From NCBI GenBank assembly GCA_040235515.1, contig JBECKX010000040.1:1-17353 (forward strand): DNA of 17,353 nt, given 5' to 3'. Below are positions 7,721 to 16,370 of this stretch, piece after piece; position 1 is the first letter of the stretch, and the number at the start of each line of letters is the position of its first letter. The notes under the pieces are model-generated. The model searched no databases and was not told the DNA's origin. It saw only the letters and a list, made by a program, of their open reading frames with translations. This stretch comes from Candidatus Zixiibacteriota bacterium (lineage in GTDB: Bacteria; Zixibacteria; MSB-5A5; CAIYYT01). The translations under genes and the position numbers were made by a program.

Positions 7721-9124
7721 ATGAAGAGACTTCTGATAGTAAGTTTTGATTTTCCGCCCGCGCGGACCTCGGGTGTTTATCGCCCCACCAAGTTCGTAAA
7801 GCATCTGCGCAGTTTTGGCTGGGAGCCGACAGTTATCTGCGCCAAGAATCCCTCCACCCCGTTGACCGATGTGACGTTGCTGAAGGATATTCCGAAGGAT
7901 GTCCGGATCGAGCGCGCCACCGTAATAGATTTTTCGCAGTTGAGTGCATCGATTCATGATGCGCTGTTCGGCCGTCCGCCGGAGCGCGACGTCGGCAAGG
8001 CGAATTCTCGTTCCCCCCAAATCGGCGGAAGCGGCGAGACGCCCGTGAGGAAGGTTGGATTTCTAAAGAAGTATGTCCTGCGACCGCTGCAGAGATTTGT
8101 GCAGACCTGGTTCTTCGTGCCTGATTCTCTGGCGGGCTGGATTCCTTTCGCGTTCTTCAGGGCGGTGAAGGTAATCAGGCAGGAGAAGCCTGATGTTATT
8201 TTCACGACTTCGTACCCGATGAGCACGCAGGTCGTCGGGCTATTCCTGCGCTTCTTCTATCGCAAGCCCTGGATCGTTGACCTGCGTGACAACGGCGTGC
8301 TGGGATACTTCAAGAACTACGTCAGCCCGGGTCGGTTGCGGCTCGACATGTGGCTGCTGCGGCAAGTATTGAAGCGCGCCGACTACGTATTGACGATGTG
8401 TCAAACGAATGCGGATGACATCCATGAGGCGTTCCCGAAGCTGACCACGTTGAAGACGAAGGCTATCACCAACGGATATGACGAGGATGATTTCGGCGAG
8501 TTAGCCGGCGATCGCCGGGCCGCCGACAGCAGACAGTTGAAGCTGCTGCATATGGGCACACTCTATGGGAGAACGGCCGGAGCGTTCTTCGACGCGCTGG
8601 CTGAACTTCAGGCCGAGGATCCGAAGATCGAGGAAAAACTGGAGGTGGCTTTCATCGGACCCCGGATTGCGTCTTATGCATCCAAACTGCGTGAGCTGAA
8701 GATTGACGCCATCGTCAAGCAACTGGGATTCAAGACGCATCCTGACGCAATCAGGGAGATGATGGCGGCGGATATTTTATTGCTTTTCCTCGGGGGAGAG
8801 AAGATCATGAATCAGCAGTTTCCCGGGAAGTTCTTCGAGTATCTGCGGACGCACAGGCCGATCCTCGCCGTAGGCGAGAAGGGAGAAATCCTGGATGCCG
8901 TCGAACGTTGCCGCGCGGGAATTCGTGTTAAGTATGATGACACGGCGGCGATCAAGCGGACTTTGCTCGAGTTGATTTCGGCAAAACAGCGGGGACCGAT
9001 CGAGCCGGTGGGAGTCGCTGCGGAGTATCAGGTGTATGAATACAGGAACCTCACCGCCGAGCTGGTTCGCGTCCTTGATGAAGTTATCGGAAAAGAAGTG
9101 ATAGCACATGCCAGAGCTAACTAA
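7721..9124 (+). CDS. Glycosyltransferase family 4 (GT-B)
   Basis: 467 aa. Motifs LLIVSFDFPP...GVYR..KFVKHL..FGWEP, PD...GW, KPDVIFTTS, PWIVDLRD, ITNGYD, HMGTLY and PGKFFEYL...RPILA. Confidence 0.9.
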   Translation: MKRLLIVSFDFPPARTSGVYRPTKFVKHLRSFGWEPTVICAKNPSTPLTDVTLLKDIPKDVRIERATVIDFSQLSASIHDALFGRPPERDVGKANSRSPQIGGSGETPVRKVGFLKKYVLRPLQRFVQTWFFVPDSLAGWIPFAFFRAVKVIRQEKPDVIFTTSYPMSTQVVGLFLRFFYRKPWIVDLRDNGVLGYFKNYVSPGRLRLDMWLLRQVLKRADYVLTMCQTNADDIHEAFPKLTTLKTKAITNGYDEDDFGELAGDRRAADSRQLKLLHMGTLYGRTAGAFFDALAELQAEDPKIEEKLEVAFIGPRIASYASKLRELKIDAIVKQLGFKTHPDAIREMMAADILLLFLGGEKIMNQQFPGKFFEYLRTHRPILAVGEKGEILDAVERCRAGIRVKYDDTAAIKRTLLELISAKQRGPIEPVGVAAEYQVYEYRNLTAELVRVLDEVIGKEVIAHARAN

Positions 9125-10556
9125 CACCCTATCGAACACACAGACTCTGCAGGGCGGACAGGCATTCGGTCAGCAGATTGTCGGATCGAAGCATCTCTAC
9201 TGGGCGATCATTGCGGTCGTCTGCGTCGGGTTCGGGATTGCGGTCGCGCTGGCGAATCCGTTGATCGTGCTGGGAGTGGTTGGCGCCACCGTGATGTCGG
9301 CGGCGCTGTTCGTGATGCCGTATCTGGGTGTTCTGGTCTACCTGGTGTTCGAATATGCACGCTTGCCGATGATGTTCCCTTTCCTGCAACAGATGCAAAT
9401 CGGCAAAGTAATCGTGGTGCCGACGATTATTGCCTGGTTGGTGAGCTGGGCGATTTTCAAGAAGTCGGTACTGGTCAAGGACAAGCTTTATTACCTGATG
9501 GGGATCTGGCTGCTGCTGGCGCTGGTATCGGCGCCCTTCGCGCTCAACTCCAATGCAGCTTTTTTCGCGACGTTCGACCTGCTTAAGTGGTTCATCATTT
9601 CGTTTCTGCTGATGAACCTGATGGACAATTTGACCAAGTGGAAGATTGCGATGTGGATTCTGCTGTTGCTCAACTTCAAACTGTGTCAGCACCAGATCAG
9701 GTCATTTGCGGTTGGATTGGCGTCGGTTTCGAACAAGGCGTTCTTCATTCATGATGGAGTCGGTGGCGGATCAGGGTTCTTCGGGAACGCGACCGATTTC
9801 GGCCTGGCGATGGCGGTGGTGTTGCCGCTGGCGTTTTACCTCTCTAAAGGAACCAGGCCGCTGATTGGAAAGCTGATCGCGGCGGGGATGACATTCGGGT
9901 TTACGATCTCCGTCCTTTACAGCGGTTCACGCGGTGCGGCGCTGGCGATGTTTGTCGCTGCGTTCGTCTACTGGTTCCAGAGCCGCAAGAAGGTGTTCAC
10001 CGCCGTGCTGGTGGTGGGCTTCATTACAGCATTCTGGTTGATTGCTCCGCCTGAGTGGAAGGAGCGTTTCGAATCGGCTGAGAATTATGAAGAGGATGGA
10101 ACGGCGCAGCAGCGGTTCAAACTCTGGCAAGCCGGATTGGCGATGATGGCTGATCATCCGTTGACGGGGGTGGGATTACGCAACTACCAGACGAACTTCG
10201 TAAACGGCTATATGCCTGCCGACTACTACGGCGCATTCGTCTGTCACAATATCTTGATCGAGGCCGGTTCCGAACTGGGGGTCGGCGGCGTAGCGGTTGT
10301 TCTGGCGATGTTCGCCCTCGCCTTCATGCGCAATCGACAGACGCGCCGATTGTGCGCGCGCGCTCCAGATGAGATGCGTGAACTTGTCCTCTATTCCAGG
10401 GCGATGGATCTCGGGTTGATCACATACTTCGTCGGGGGGATGTTCGTGACGGTCTTGTACTATCCACATCTGTATGTGCTGCTCGGATTCACGTTTGCGC
10501 TGCACAATATCGCCCGGAAACGAGCCGATGAGGTTTCTGTTCCTGTCGCCGGATGA
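9108..10556 (+). CDS. O-antigen ligase / Wzy_C family polytopic membrane protein
   Basis: 482 aa with many hydrophobic segments. Motifs GNATDFG, SGSRGA, TAQQRFKLWQAGLAMMADHPLTGVG and CHN...ELG. Overlaps the upstream GT4 by 17 nt. Confidence 0.9.
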   Translation: MPELTNTLSNTQTLQGGQAFGQQIVGSKHLYWAIIAVVCVGFGIAVALANPLIVLGVVGATVMSAALFVMPYLGVLVYLVFEYARLPMMFPFLQQMQIGKVIVVPTIIAWLVSWAIFKKSVLVKDKLYYLMGIWLLLALVSAPFALNSNAAFFATFDLLKWFIISFLLMNLMDNLTKWKIAMWILLLLNFKLCQHQIRSFAVGLASVSNKAFFIHDGVGGGSGFFGNATDFGLAMAVVLPLAFYLSKGTRPLIGKLIAAGMTFGFTISVLYSGSRGAALAMFVAAFVYWFQSRKKVFTAVLVVGFITAFWLIAPPEWKERFESAENYEEDGTAQQRFKLWQAGLAMMADHPLTGVGLRNYQTNFVNGYMPADYYGAFVCHNILIEAGSELGVGGVAVVLAMFALAFMRNRQTRRLCARAPDEMRELVLYSRAMDLGLITYFVGGMFVTVLYYPHLYVLLGFTFALHNIARKRADEVSVPVAG

Positions 10557-11620
10557 AGTTCGTCAAACTCTTCATCAAGCAGTTGATCGCTGCAATCCTC
10601 TATTACAGTGGAATTGTCAGACGACGCGAGGCACAATTGCGCGGCAAGGGGATCATCCTGATGTATCATCGGGTGGTTCGCGACTCCGACAGGCGGGACG
10701 ATCAGCTTGAATCTCAGCCGGGAATCGTTGTCTCGGAGCAGTTCTTCGAGAAACAGCTACGGTACCTGGCTTCGGCCTACTCGGTGATTCCACTTGAATC
10801 GCTCCTCAGTAGCGTCGTGACGGGCGAAGGCGGTGAGCGTCCAGTGGCGGCGATTACATTCGACGACGGGTGGCGCGACAATCATGACGTGGCGGCTCCA
10901 CTGCTGGCGAAGTACCAATCCCCTGCTACGATCTTCATAACAACCGGATTTGTTGATCAATCACGGATGCCGTGGCCTGAGCTGGTGATGTTCTCCCTGC
11001 GCAGGGCGGCGGGAAATGAAATCTGCGGCATGGTAACCGGTGCGTTGGCCGAGGCGGGAATAAACCTTGGGGGGAGTCCGGGAGGTCGGCAGCGGTTCAG
11101 CGCCGATGAGATCGAGAATACGATAGAGGCGTTAAAGGGGGTACACCGGGATAATCGAGATCGCGTCGTTGGGAAAATCATCGAAGCTACCGGAGCTGCC
11201 ACTGGAGCAACCGCCGGAGAACGGGTGATGATGAACTGGGCTGAAGTCTCGCAGTTGAAGTCACGGGGGGTGGCCATTGGTGGACATGGGACTTCGCACG
11301 AGCTGCTGGACAGCCTGGAAAAGGACGCGTTGCAGACCGAGATTAAAGAGTGTATGAATGAGTTGCGGTCGAGGTTGGGTGAGCAGGAGTATGCGTTTGC
11401 CTATCCGAATGGAAACTACAACCAGAGCGTGAAAGACGCTGTGCGCGACGCTGGTTTCAGTTGTTCGGTTACGACGCGCAGGGGGATCGTCGATAGTAGT
11501 AGTGACAGGTATGAGTTGCCGAGGATCAATATCAGTGATGGTTGTTCAAGCGGCTGCCTGGGGGGCTTTTCTAAGGCGCGCTTTGCGTGTCATTTGCTCG
11601 GGGTCTTTTCTCGTTCCTGA
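10553..11620 (+). CDS. Polysaccharide deacetylase (CE4/NodB), second copy
   Basis: 355 aa. Motifs ILMYHRV, ITFDDGW, GGHGTSH, FAYPNG and ELPRI. ATGA overlap with the ligase gene. Confidence 0.93.
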   Translation: MKFVKLFIKQLIAAILYYSGIVRRREAQLRGKGIILMYHRVVRDSDRRDDQLESQPGIVVSEQFFEKQLRYLASAYSVIPLESLLSSVVTGEGGERPVAAITFDDGWRDNHDVAAPLLAKYQSPATIFITTGFVDQSRMPWPELVMFSLRRAAGNEICGMVTGALAEAGINLGGSPGGRQRFSADEIENTIEALKGVHRDNRDRVVGKIIEATGAATGATAGERVMMNWAEVSQLKSRGVAIGGHGTSHELLDSLEKDALQTEIKECMNELRSRLGEQEYAFAYPNGNYNQSVKDAVRDAGFSCSVTTRRGIVDSSSDRYELPRINISDGCSSGCLGGFSKARFACHLLGVFSRS

Positions 11621-11637
11621 TTCCTGGAGTTGAAGTA

Positions 11638-12768
11638 GTGGATTGGGTTTTCTGGCTCGCGATTTTCTTCATAGGCTACACCTACTTTCTCTATGGAGCG
11701 CTGCTACAATTCGTAGCACTCTTCCGCAATCGGGAAGTTGGTCGGGCCGATCACACCCCCGACATTACTGTGATAATTCCCTGCTACAACGAGGAGAAGA
11801 TCGTTCGGCGTAAGATAGAGAACACGCTGCACAGCGATTATCCGAGTGAGAAGATGCAGGTCATCGTGGCGAGCGACTGCTCGAGTGACTCATCGGAAGA
11901 GATTGTGCGAGAGTACGCGGATCAGAACGTGCATCTGGTACGGCAGCAGGAGCGCAAAGGAAAACACTTCGCGCAGGAGCTGGCGCTGCGGCAAGCGACC
12001 GGATCGATCATCGTGTTTACTGATATGGGGTTGGAGGTCACGCGTGACGGTTTCAGTAAGCTGGTCAGCAACTTCGCAGACAAGTCGATCGGATGTGTCT
12101 CCAGCAAGGACAAGATTATCTCGGTGGATGGTGATGTCAGCTCGGAGGGGATTTATATCCGCTACGACATGCATCTGCGGCTGCTCGAGAGCCGCGTGTG
12201 TTCGTCAACCGGTATGACCGGGGCATTCTATGCAGTCAGGCGTGAACTGTGCGACGATTGGATTCCGGAGTTGTCAAACGACTTCTACCTGCCGCTGAAG
12301 GCGGTGATGAAGGGGTTCCGTACCATCGTCGACCAGCGGGTGATCGGATTGTACAGAGCATCTCAGGTCGCCTCGAAGGAATACCACCGCAAGGTTCGCA
12401 CCATTGTTCATGGGATCGACGTCGTTTATCGCTTCAAGGGGATTCTCAATCCGTTCAGGTATGGGCTGTTCGCTGTTTCGGTTTTGAGCCACAAGCTGTT
12501 CCGGTGGCTGATTCCATTTGCGGCGATTGCGGCATTGGTTTCGAACATCTTCCTGTTGGGGGATGGTTTGATTTACACGATCACGCTGGCTGGTCAGGGA
12601 TTGGTCTACTTCATCGCGGCGGTGGCGCATCTGATCCCTGCGCTTACCCGGATCTCGGTATTCAAGATCCCGACTTTCCTGCTCTCTTCCAATCTCGCCA
12701 TCTTCATCGCCTGGTTTGACTGGCTCAGGGGTGAAAGGTACTATTCTTGGGAACCGACACAGCGTTGA
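11638..12768 (+). CDS. Membrane-bound glycosyltransferase family 2 (CESA-like/PgaC-like subgroup)
   Basis: N-terminal TM helix, then VIIPCYNEE, ASDCSSD, RKGK, IVFTD, GAFYAVRR, NDF, EYHRKVRT, SHKLFRW and C-terminal TM helices. GTG at 11638 has GGAG 8 nt upstream and avoids overlap with the previous gene. Confidence 0.9.
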   Translation: MDWVFWLAIFFIGYTYFLYGALLQFVALFRNREVGRADHTPDITVIIPCYNEEKIVRRKIENTLHSDYPSEKMQVIVASDCSSDSSEEIVREYADQNVHLVRQQERKGKHFAQELALRQATGSIIVFTDMGLEVTRDGFSKLVSNFADKSIGCVSSKDKIISVDGDVSSEGIYIRYDMHLRLLESRVCSSTGMTGAFYAVRRELCDDWIPELSNDFYLPLKAVMKGFRTIVDQRVIGLYRASQVASKEYHRKVRTIVHGIDVVYRFKGILNPFRYGLFAVSVLSHKLFRWLIPFAAIAALVSNIFLLGDGLIYTITLAGQGLVYFIAAVAHLIPALTRISVFKIPTFLLSSNLAIFIAWFDWLRGERYYSWEPTQR

Positions 12769-13892
12769 AGAAAACCATCAAGGTTTGCCATATCGCATCG
12801 GGGGATTTATGGGCGGGTGCAGAGGCGGTACTGCATGATCTGCTGTTGGCGCTTGCAGCCGACGAATCGGTCGATGCCGGCGTGATCCTGCTCAATGAAC
12901 ATATCTTGAGCGGCAAGTTGCGTGACGCAGGATTCGATGTTGAGATCGTCGCGGAAGAGCAGCATGGTCTGCTGGCGATATTCAGGCAGTTGCGAAAGCG
13001 ACTGAAGCGACTGATGCCGGATGTGGTTCACACTCACCGTTACAAAGAGAATATCCTTGGGGGTGTGGCTGCGAAATTGGTGGGAGTGAAGCATCTGGTC
13101 TGTACGATCCACGGCATGCCGGAGCCACTGAGTGGATTGAAGAGTTTGAAGTCGAAGCTGAAATTCGCTGCGGAGACGTTCGTGTTCAAGCGGCTGGCTT
13201 CCGCGATCGTGGCGGTGTCTGAGGATATCGCCCGGCAGGTGAGGCCTCGGGTTGGCAAGACGCCGGTGGTTGTGATCCATAACGGGATCAAACTACCGCA
13301 GTTAGCGCAGGAAAAGGAGGCTGCTGCTCAGGGCAGAGTCACGATCTGTACGGCGGGACGGCTCAATCCGATCAAGGGGTACGAGTACCTGATCAAGGCA
13401 ACTGCCCTGTTAAAGCAGAGAGACCTTGATTTCGAACTGGTGATCATCGGGGATGGACCACTCAGAGGCGAGCTGGAGGCTCTCGCGCAGGAATTGGGGG
13501 CCGAGGGCTTTGTCCGATTTCCCGGATTCAACCCGAAGCCGCTCGACGTGATTGCGAGCAGTGATATTTTCGTCCTCTCGTCGTTGCATGAGGGGATTTC
13601 GATCGCCCTGCTTGAGGCGCTCTCGCTCGGCAAGGCGGTGGTAGTGACCAATGTGGGTGGAAATCCGGAGGTGGTCGCGCACGAAAAGAGCGGGCTGCTG
13701 GTTCCGGCTCGGGATGAAAGCGCGCTGGCGGACGCGTTCGCTCGCCTGTTGACGGATCGGGAACTGAGGCGGCGCCTGGGCTCGGCGGGCCGGGATGTAA
13801 TCAAGGCCGAGTTCACCGACCGGGTGATGGCAGGGAAAACAGTGCGGTTGTACAAAGACCTCCTGGAATCCGGGAGGCCTCAGCAGTCTTAA
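12765..13892 (+). CDS. Glycosyltransferase family 4 (GT-B)
   Basis: Motifs WAGAE, PDVVHTH, TIHG, AVS, IHNGI, GRLNPIKG, IGDGP, SLHEGISIALLEA (E-x7-E) and VGGNPE. TTG start at 12765 overlaps the upstream TGA (TTGA). Confidence 0.94.
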   Translation: MKKTIKVCHIASGDLWAGAEAVLHDLLLALAADESVDAGVILLNEHILSGKLRDAGFDVEIVAEEQHGLLAIFRQLRKRLKRLMPDVVHTHRYKENILGGVAAKLVGVKHLVCTIHGMPEPLSGLKSLKSKLKFAAETFVFKRLASAIVAVSEDIARQVRPRVGKTPVVVIHNGIKLPQLAQEKEAAAQGRVTICTAGRLNPIKGYEYLIKATALLKQRDLDFELVIIGDGPLRGELEALAQELGAEGFVRFPGFNPKPLDVIASSDIFVLSSLHEGISIALLEALSLGKAVVVTNVGGNPEVVAHEKSGLLVPARDESALADAFARLLTDRELRRRLGSAGRDVIKAEFTDRVMAGKTVRLYKDLLESGRPQQS

Positions 13893-13937
13893 CAATTGAT
13901 GGGGATGAAGGATCTATCAGCTGTTCAGGCCATAGGG

Positions 13938-14792
13938 CTATTTAGTGATCCGTCCCAGCTTGCGCGCCACGCGATAAACCAGGTCGAGAGCATTGTCACG
14001 AACAGGTTTCTTGCCAACGGGAGTCGGCTTGAAGCCCTTATTCCTGAGCCAATGTTTGGCCTGGTAAATTCGCGCGTTGCGTTCCGACCATTCTGATCTG
14101 AACGTGATGCTGAACGAGACGGAGACCTCGTCGAGATTCTCGACCCAATGCGGTGCTGCAACCGGGAAATAAAGCCCATCCCCCGGTTTCAGGACGAAGG
14201 TGAGCTCCGACTCCTTGAACTTCTCGTGGTACTCCTGATTGCGGTGCACGCCACCCACGAAGAACTTCTCTACCGAATCCTCCGAGATGACATTGCGATC
14301 CTTCGGATCCCAGATATGGATTTTCTTGTCGCCCCTGATCTGCAGCAGAAAATTGTGCTCCGGATCGATGTGGTACGGCGTAACCGACTTAGGCGAGGTG
14401 ATAAAGATGAATGACTCGCGCAGGGATGTCTTCCCGACTTTATTCTGTGCGTCCGACTCGAAGGTGTCGAGCAGCAGATCCATCAGTTTCTTGTAGTCGG
14501 GATCTACTTCAACATTCTTCAACACCATCCATGACTGCTGATCACGGATGCGGGCGATGGTGTCCTGCACCGATAGCCCGGTAGCCGGAGTCTTGTTGGG
14601 GTCCTGATTCACGTCGAGGTTTCCCGCGTTGTACTCCACGGACTCCGGCGAAAGTCGCTTCGAGAGCTCGAGCAGATTTTCCAGCTCGAAGAGTGGTTCA
14701 TCCACAAGCGGGTGCTTTACCGGAAATGGGCTGAAGGGAAATTTCTCCTTCGCCACTGCTTTGTCAAATGTCAGACTTGGGGCCACGACCAA
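13938..14792 (-). CDS. JmjC/cupin-like protein, putative 2-oxoglutarate/Fe(II) oxygenase
   Basis: 284 aa. TPYHIDPEHNFLLQIRGDKK ... LKPGDGLYFPVAAPHWVEN ... SVSFSI gives the H-x-D...H facial triad in a JmjC-type context. Start is TTG 14792 or GTG 14786, after AAGAGG. Confidence 0.85.
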   Translation of the reverse strand: MVVAPSLTFDKAVAKEKFPFSPFPVKHPLVDEPLFELENLLELSKRLSPESVEYNAGNLDVNQDPNKTPATGLSVQDTIARIRDQQSWMVLKNVEVDPDYKKLMDLLLDTFESDAQNKVGKTSLRESFIFITSPKSVTPYHIDPEHNFLLQIRGDKKIHIWDPKDRNVISEDSVEKFFVGGVHRNQEYHEKFKESELTFVLKPGDGLYFPVAAPHWVENLDEVSVSFSITFRSEWSERNARIYQAKHWLRNKGFKPTPVGKKPVRDNALDLVYRVARKLGRITK

Positions 14793-15951
14793 ATAACCTC
14801 TTAATGAAATGATACAGTGCTTTCAATTTCGGATCTAACCAGATTATCAAATTTCCTTTGGCGTTGCCGGTTCCGGCGAGCAAAGAAGTGATAACCCGTC
14901 GTTCCGACCAGAGCCGATTTATCATGAAGTGAACGGGTGCGGCGCAGGAGTCGCACCAGTTGACTTTCTTTCGACTGGAAAGATAATCAATATACTCCAG
15001 TTCCAGCAAGACTCCAGGCGAGAACTTCGAGTACTGCTCATCGTAGCAAATCTTGAACGCGAATGCGCCATCCCCGGTCAACAGATTCAATTTCATCGCG
15101 ACGGGACCCTGTTCGTTTGAGAACCAGATTCCCTCGATATGACCACCGTCATAACCGCGACGCACGAAATCGCGAACGAAGCTGCTTTCCGCCGAGCTTT
15201 GCAGGAGCGCATCGCCCTGCTCGCCTTTCCAGCCGGAGGATTCAAGCTGGAGAAACTCCTCGGCGAATCTCGCGGCGTCCGCTGAGTCATCCAGCGTGTG
15301 AACGCTCAGCTCGCTCTCGTCGGAGAGGCGGCGACGCAGCCTCCTATATTCCTTTCGGTTCTTTCCACCGATGTTCTTACGGATATATTCTTCGGAATCG
15401 GACGGTGGTTCGATCAGTGCGCGCTCGAACCGATCGCTTTCGACGTGCGGAATTCCGGATTCGTTCAGGAAGGAGTTGAGGCACGAGATAAACGGCCCAT
15501 CGCCGCGCACGAACTCAAAATGGAACATGGCGCCAGGTTGGCCCTCGCTTCTGAGCCAGTCGAAGAAATAGCCAAAGGCCGCCTTCTCAGCCCCCTTACG
15601 CACGAGGGGGGTACAGAGAAAGCACTGGTTGTGCTTCCAGAGCCGTTTGTAACGGATGGAGGCATGGCGAAACTTCTGTTGTTCTTCGAGCGGAAAGAAG
15701 CCTACCAGCCGTTGTTGCTCACCGCCAGGGGCATCAGATTTGTCCCAGATGAAGAGTAGCTGCGTCTGGCCGCCGAGATGCTCGATCGCGGGGATACAGA
15801 ACCACGGCTCGTAGAAGGCATTTTGTTCGACAGCGTTCTCAGCCAGGTCATTCCAGTCATCTTCGATTTCAGCCAGGCGACTCAACTGGGAGACCACTTC
15901 TACGCCGGCAGAATTGATATTGGGAGTTGAAACCGTTTCGTGTCCAGTCAT
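14764..15951 (-). CDS. CelD/BcsL-like GNAT protein (Acetyltransf_6-type)
   Basis: 395 aa. Motifs WNDLA...NAFYEPW, LCTPLV, basic helix KNRKEYRRLRRRL, LESSGWKG, FKICYDEQYSKFSPG and DSCAAPVHFMINRLW. Its 3' end overlaps the JmjC gene start. Confidence 0.9.
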   Translation of the reverse strand: MTGHETVSTPNINSAGVEVVSQLSRLAEIEDDWNDLAENAVEQNAFYEPWFCIPAIEHLGGQTQLLFIWDKSDAPGGEQQRLVGFFPLEEQQKFRHASIRYKRLWKHNQCFLCTPLVRKGAEKAAFGYFFDWLRSEGQPGAMFHFEFVRGDGPFISCLNSFLNESGIPHVESDRFERALIEPPSDSEEYIRKNIGGKNRKEYRRLRRRLSDESELSVHTLDDSADAARFAEEFLQLESSGWKGEQGDALLQSSAESSFVRDFVRRGYDGGHIEGIWFSNEQGPVAMKLNLLTGDGAFAFKICYDEQYSKFSPGVLLELEYIDYLSSRKKVNWCDSCAAPVHFMINRLWSERRVITSLLAGTGNAKGNLIIWLDPKLKALYHFIKRLFGRGPKSDI

Positions 15952-16078
15952 TCGTTCTTGTCAGTATTGAGTGTGTCGATCATCAACCTACAACCATGCG
16001 GCAAGCGAGTTGTTTCGTTGCCGGCTCCAAAAATCGAGCATGTAGACCGAGGATTATACCAGCGAATAATATACTAGT

Positions 16079-16132
16079 TTCGGCAGGATTGTCAGGCACG
16101 AGTCGTTGTACAACTGACAAAATGCTGCCGAA
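16079..16132. repeat. Imperfect inverted repeat in the divergent intergenic region
   Basis: TTCGGCAG-GA-TTGTCAG (16079-16095) pairs with CTGACAA-AATG-CTGCCGAA (16114-16132). The palindrome GTTGTACAAC (16105-16114) lies mostly in the loop. Confidence 0.6.
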
Positions 16133-16370
16133 TCAAGAGACTGCCAATCTCCTATCTTCTCTGTGGGAATTCGACAAAATGTCGATGTAACTTAAGAGGG
16201 GATATTAAATTGGACGGCTCGTCCCCTGAGATGGCGTGGGAGCGGCTGATAGTCGAGAGTGGGACCTTAACAGTAGTGATTAGTCGAAACAGAGTAGAGC
16301 GACTGCTTGCGTGGAATCGCTACTCGTAGTAAAATGCTGCACCGGTGAAAGCACCCGAGCAGAGGAACGA

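Noticed and set aside
11188..11220. Short degenerate repeats (ACCGGAGCT/ACTGGAGCA/GCCGGAGAA)
   Set aside because: They encode a low-complexity Ala/Thr/Gly linker inside the deacetylase, not a repeat array.
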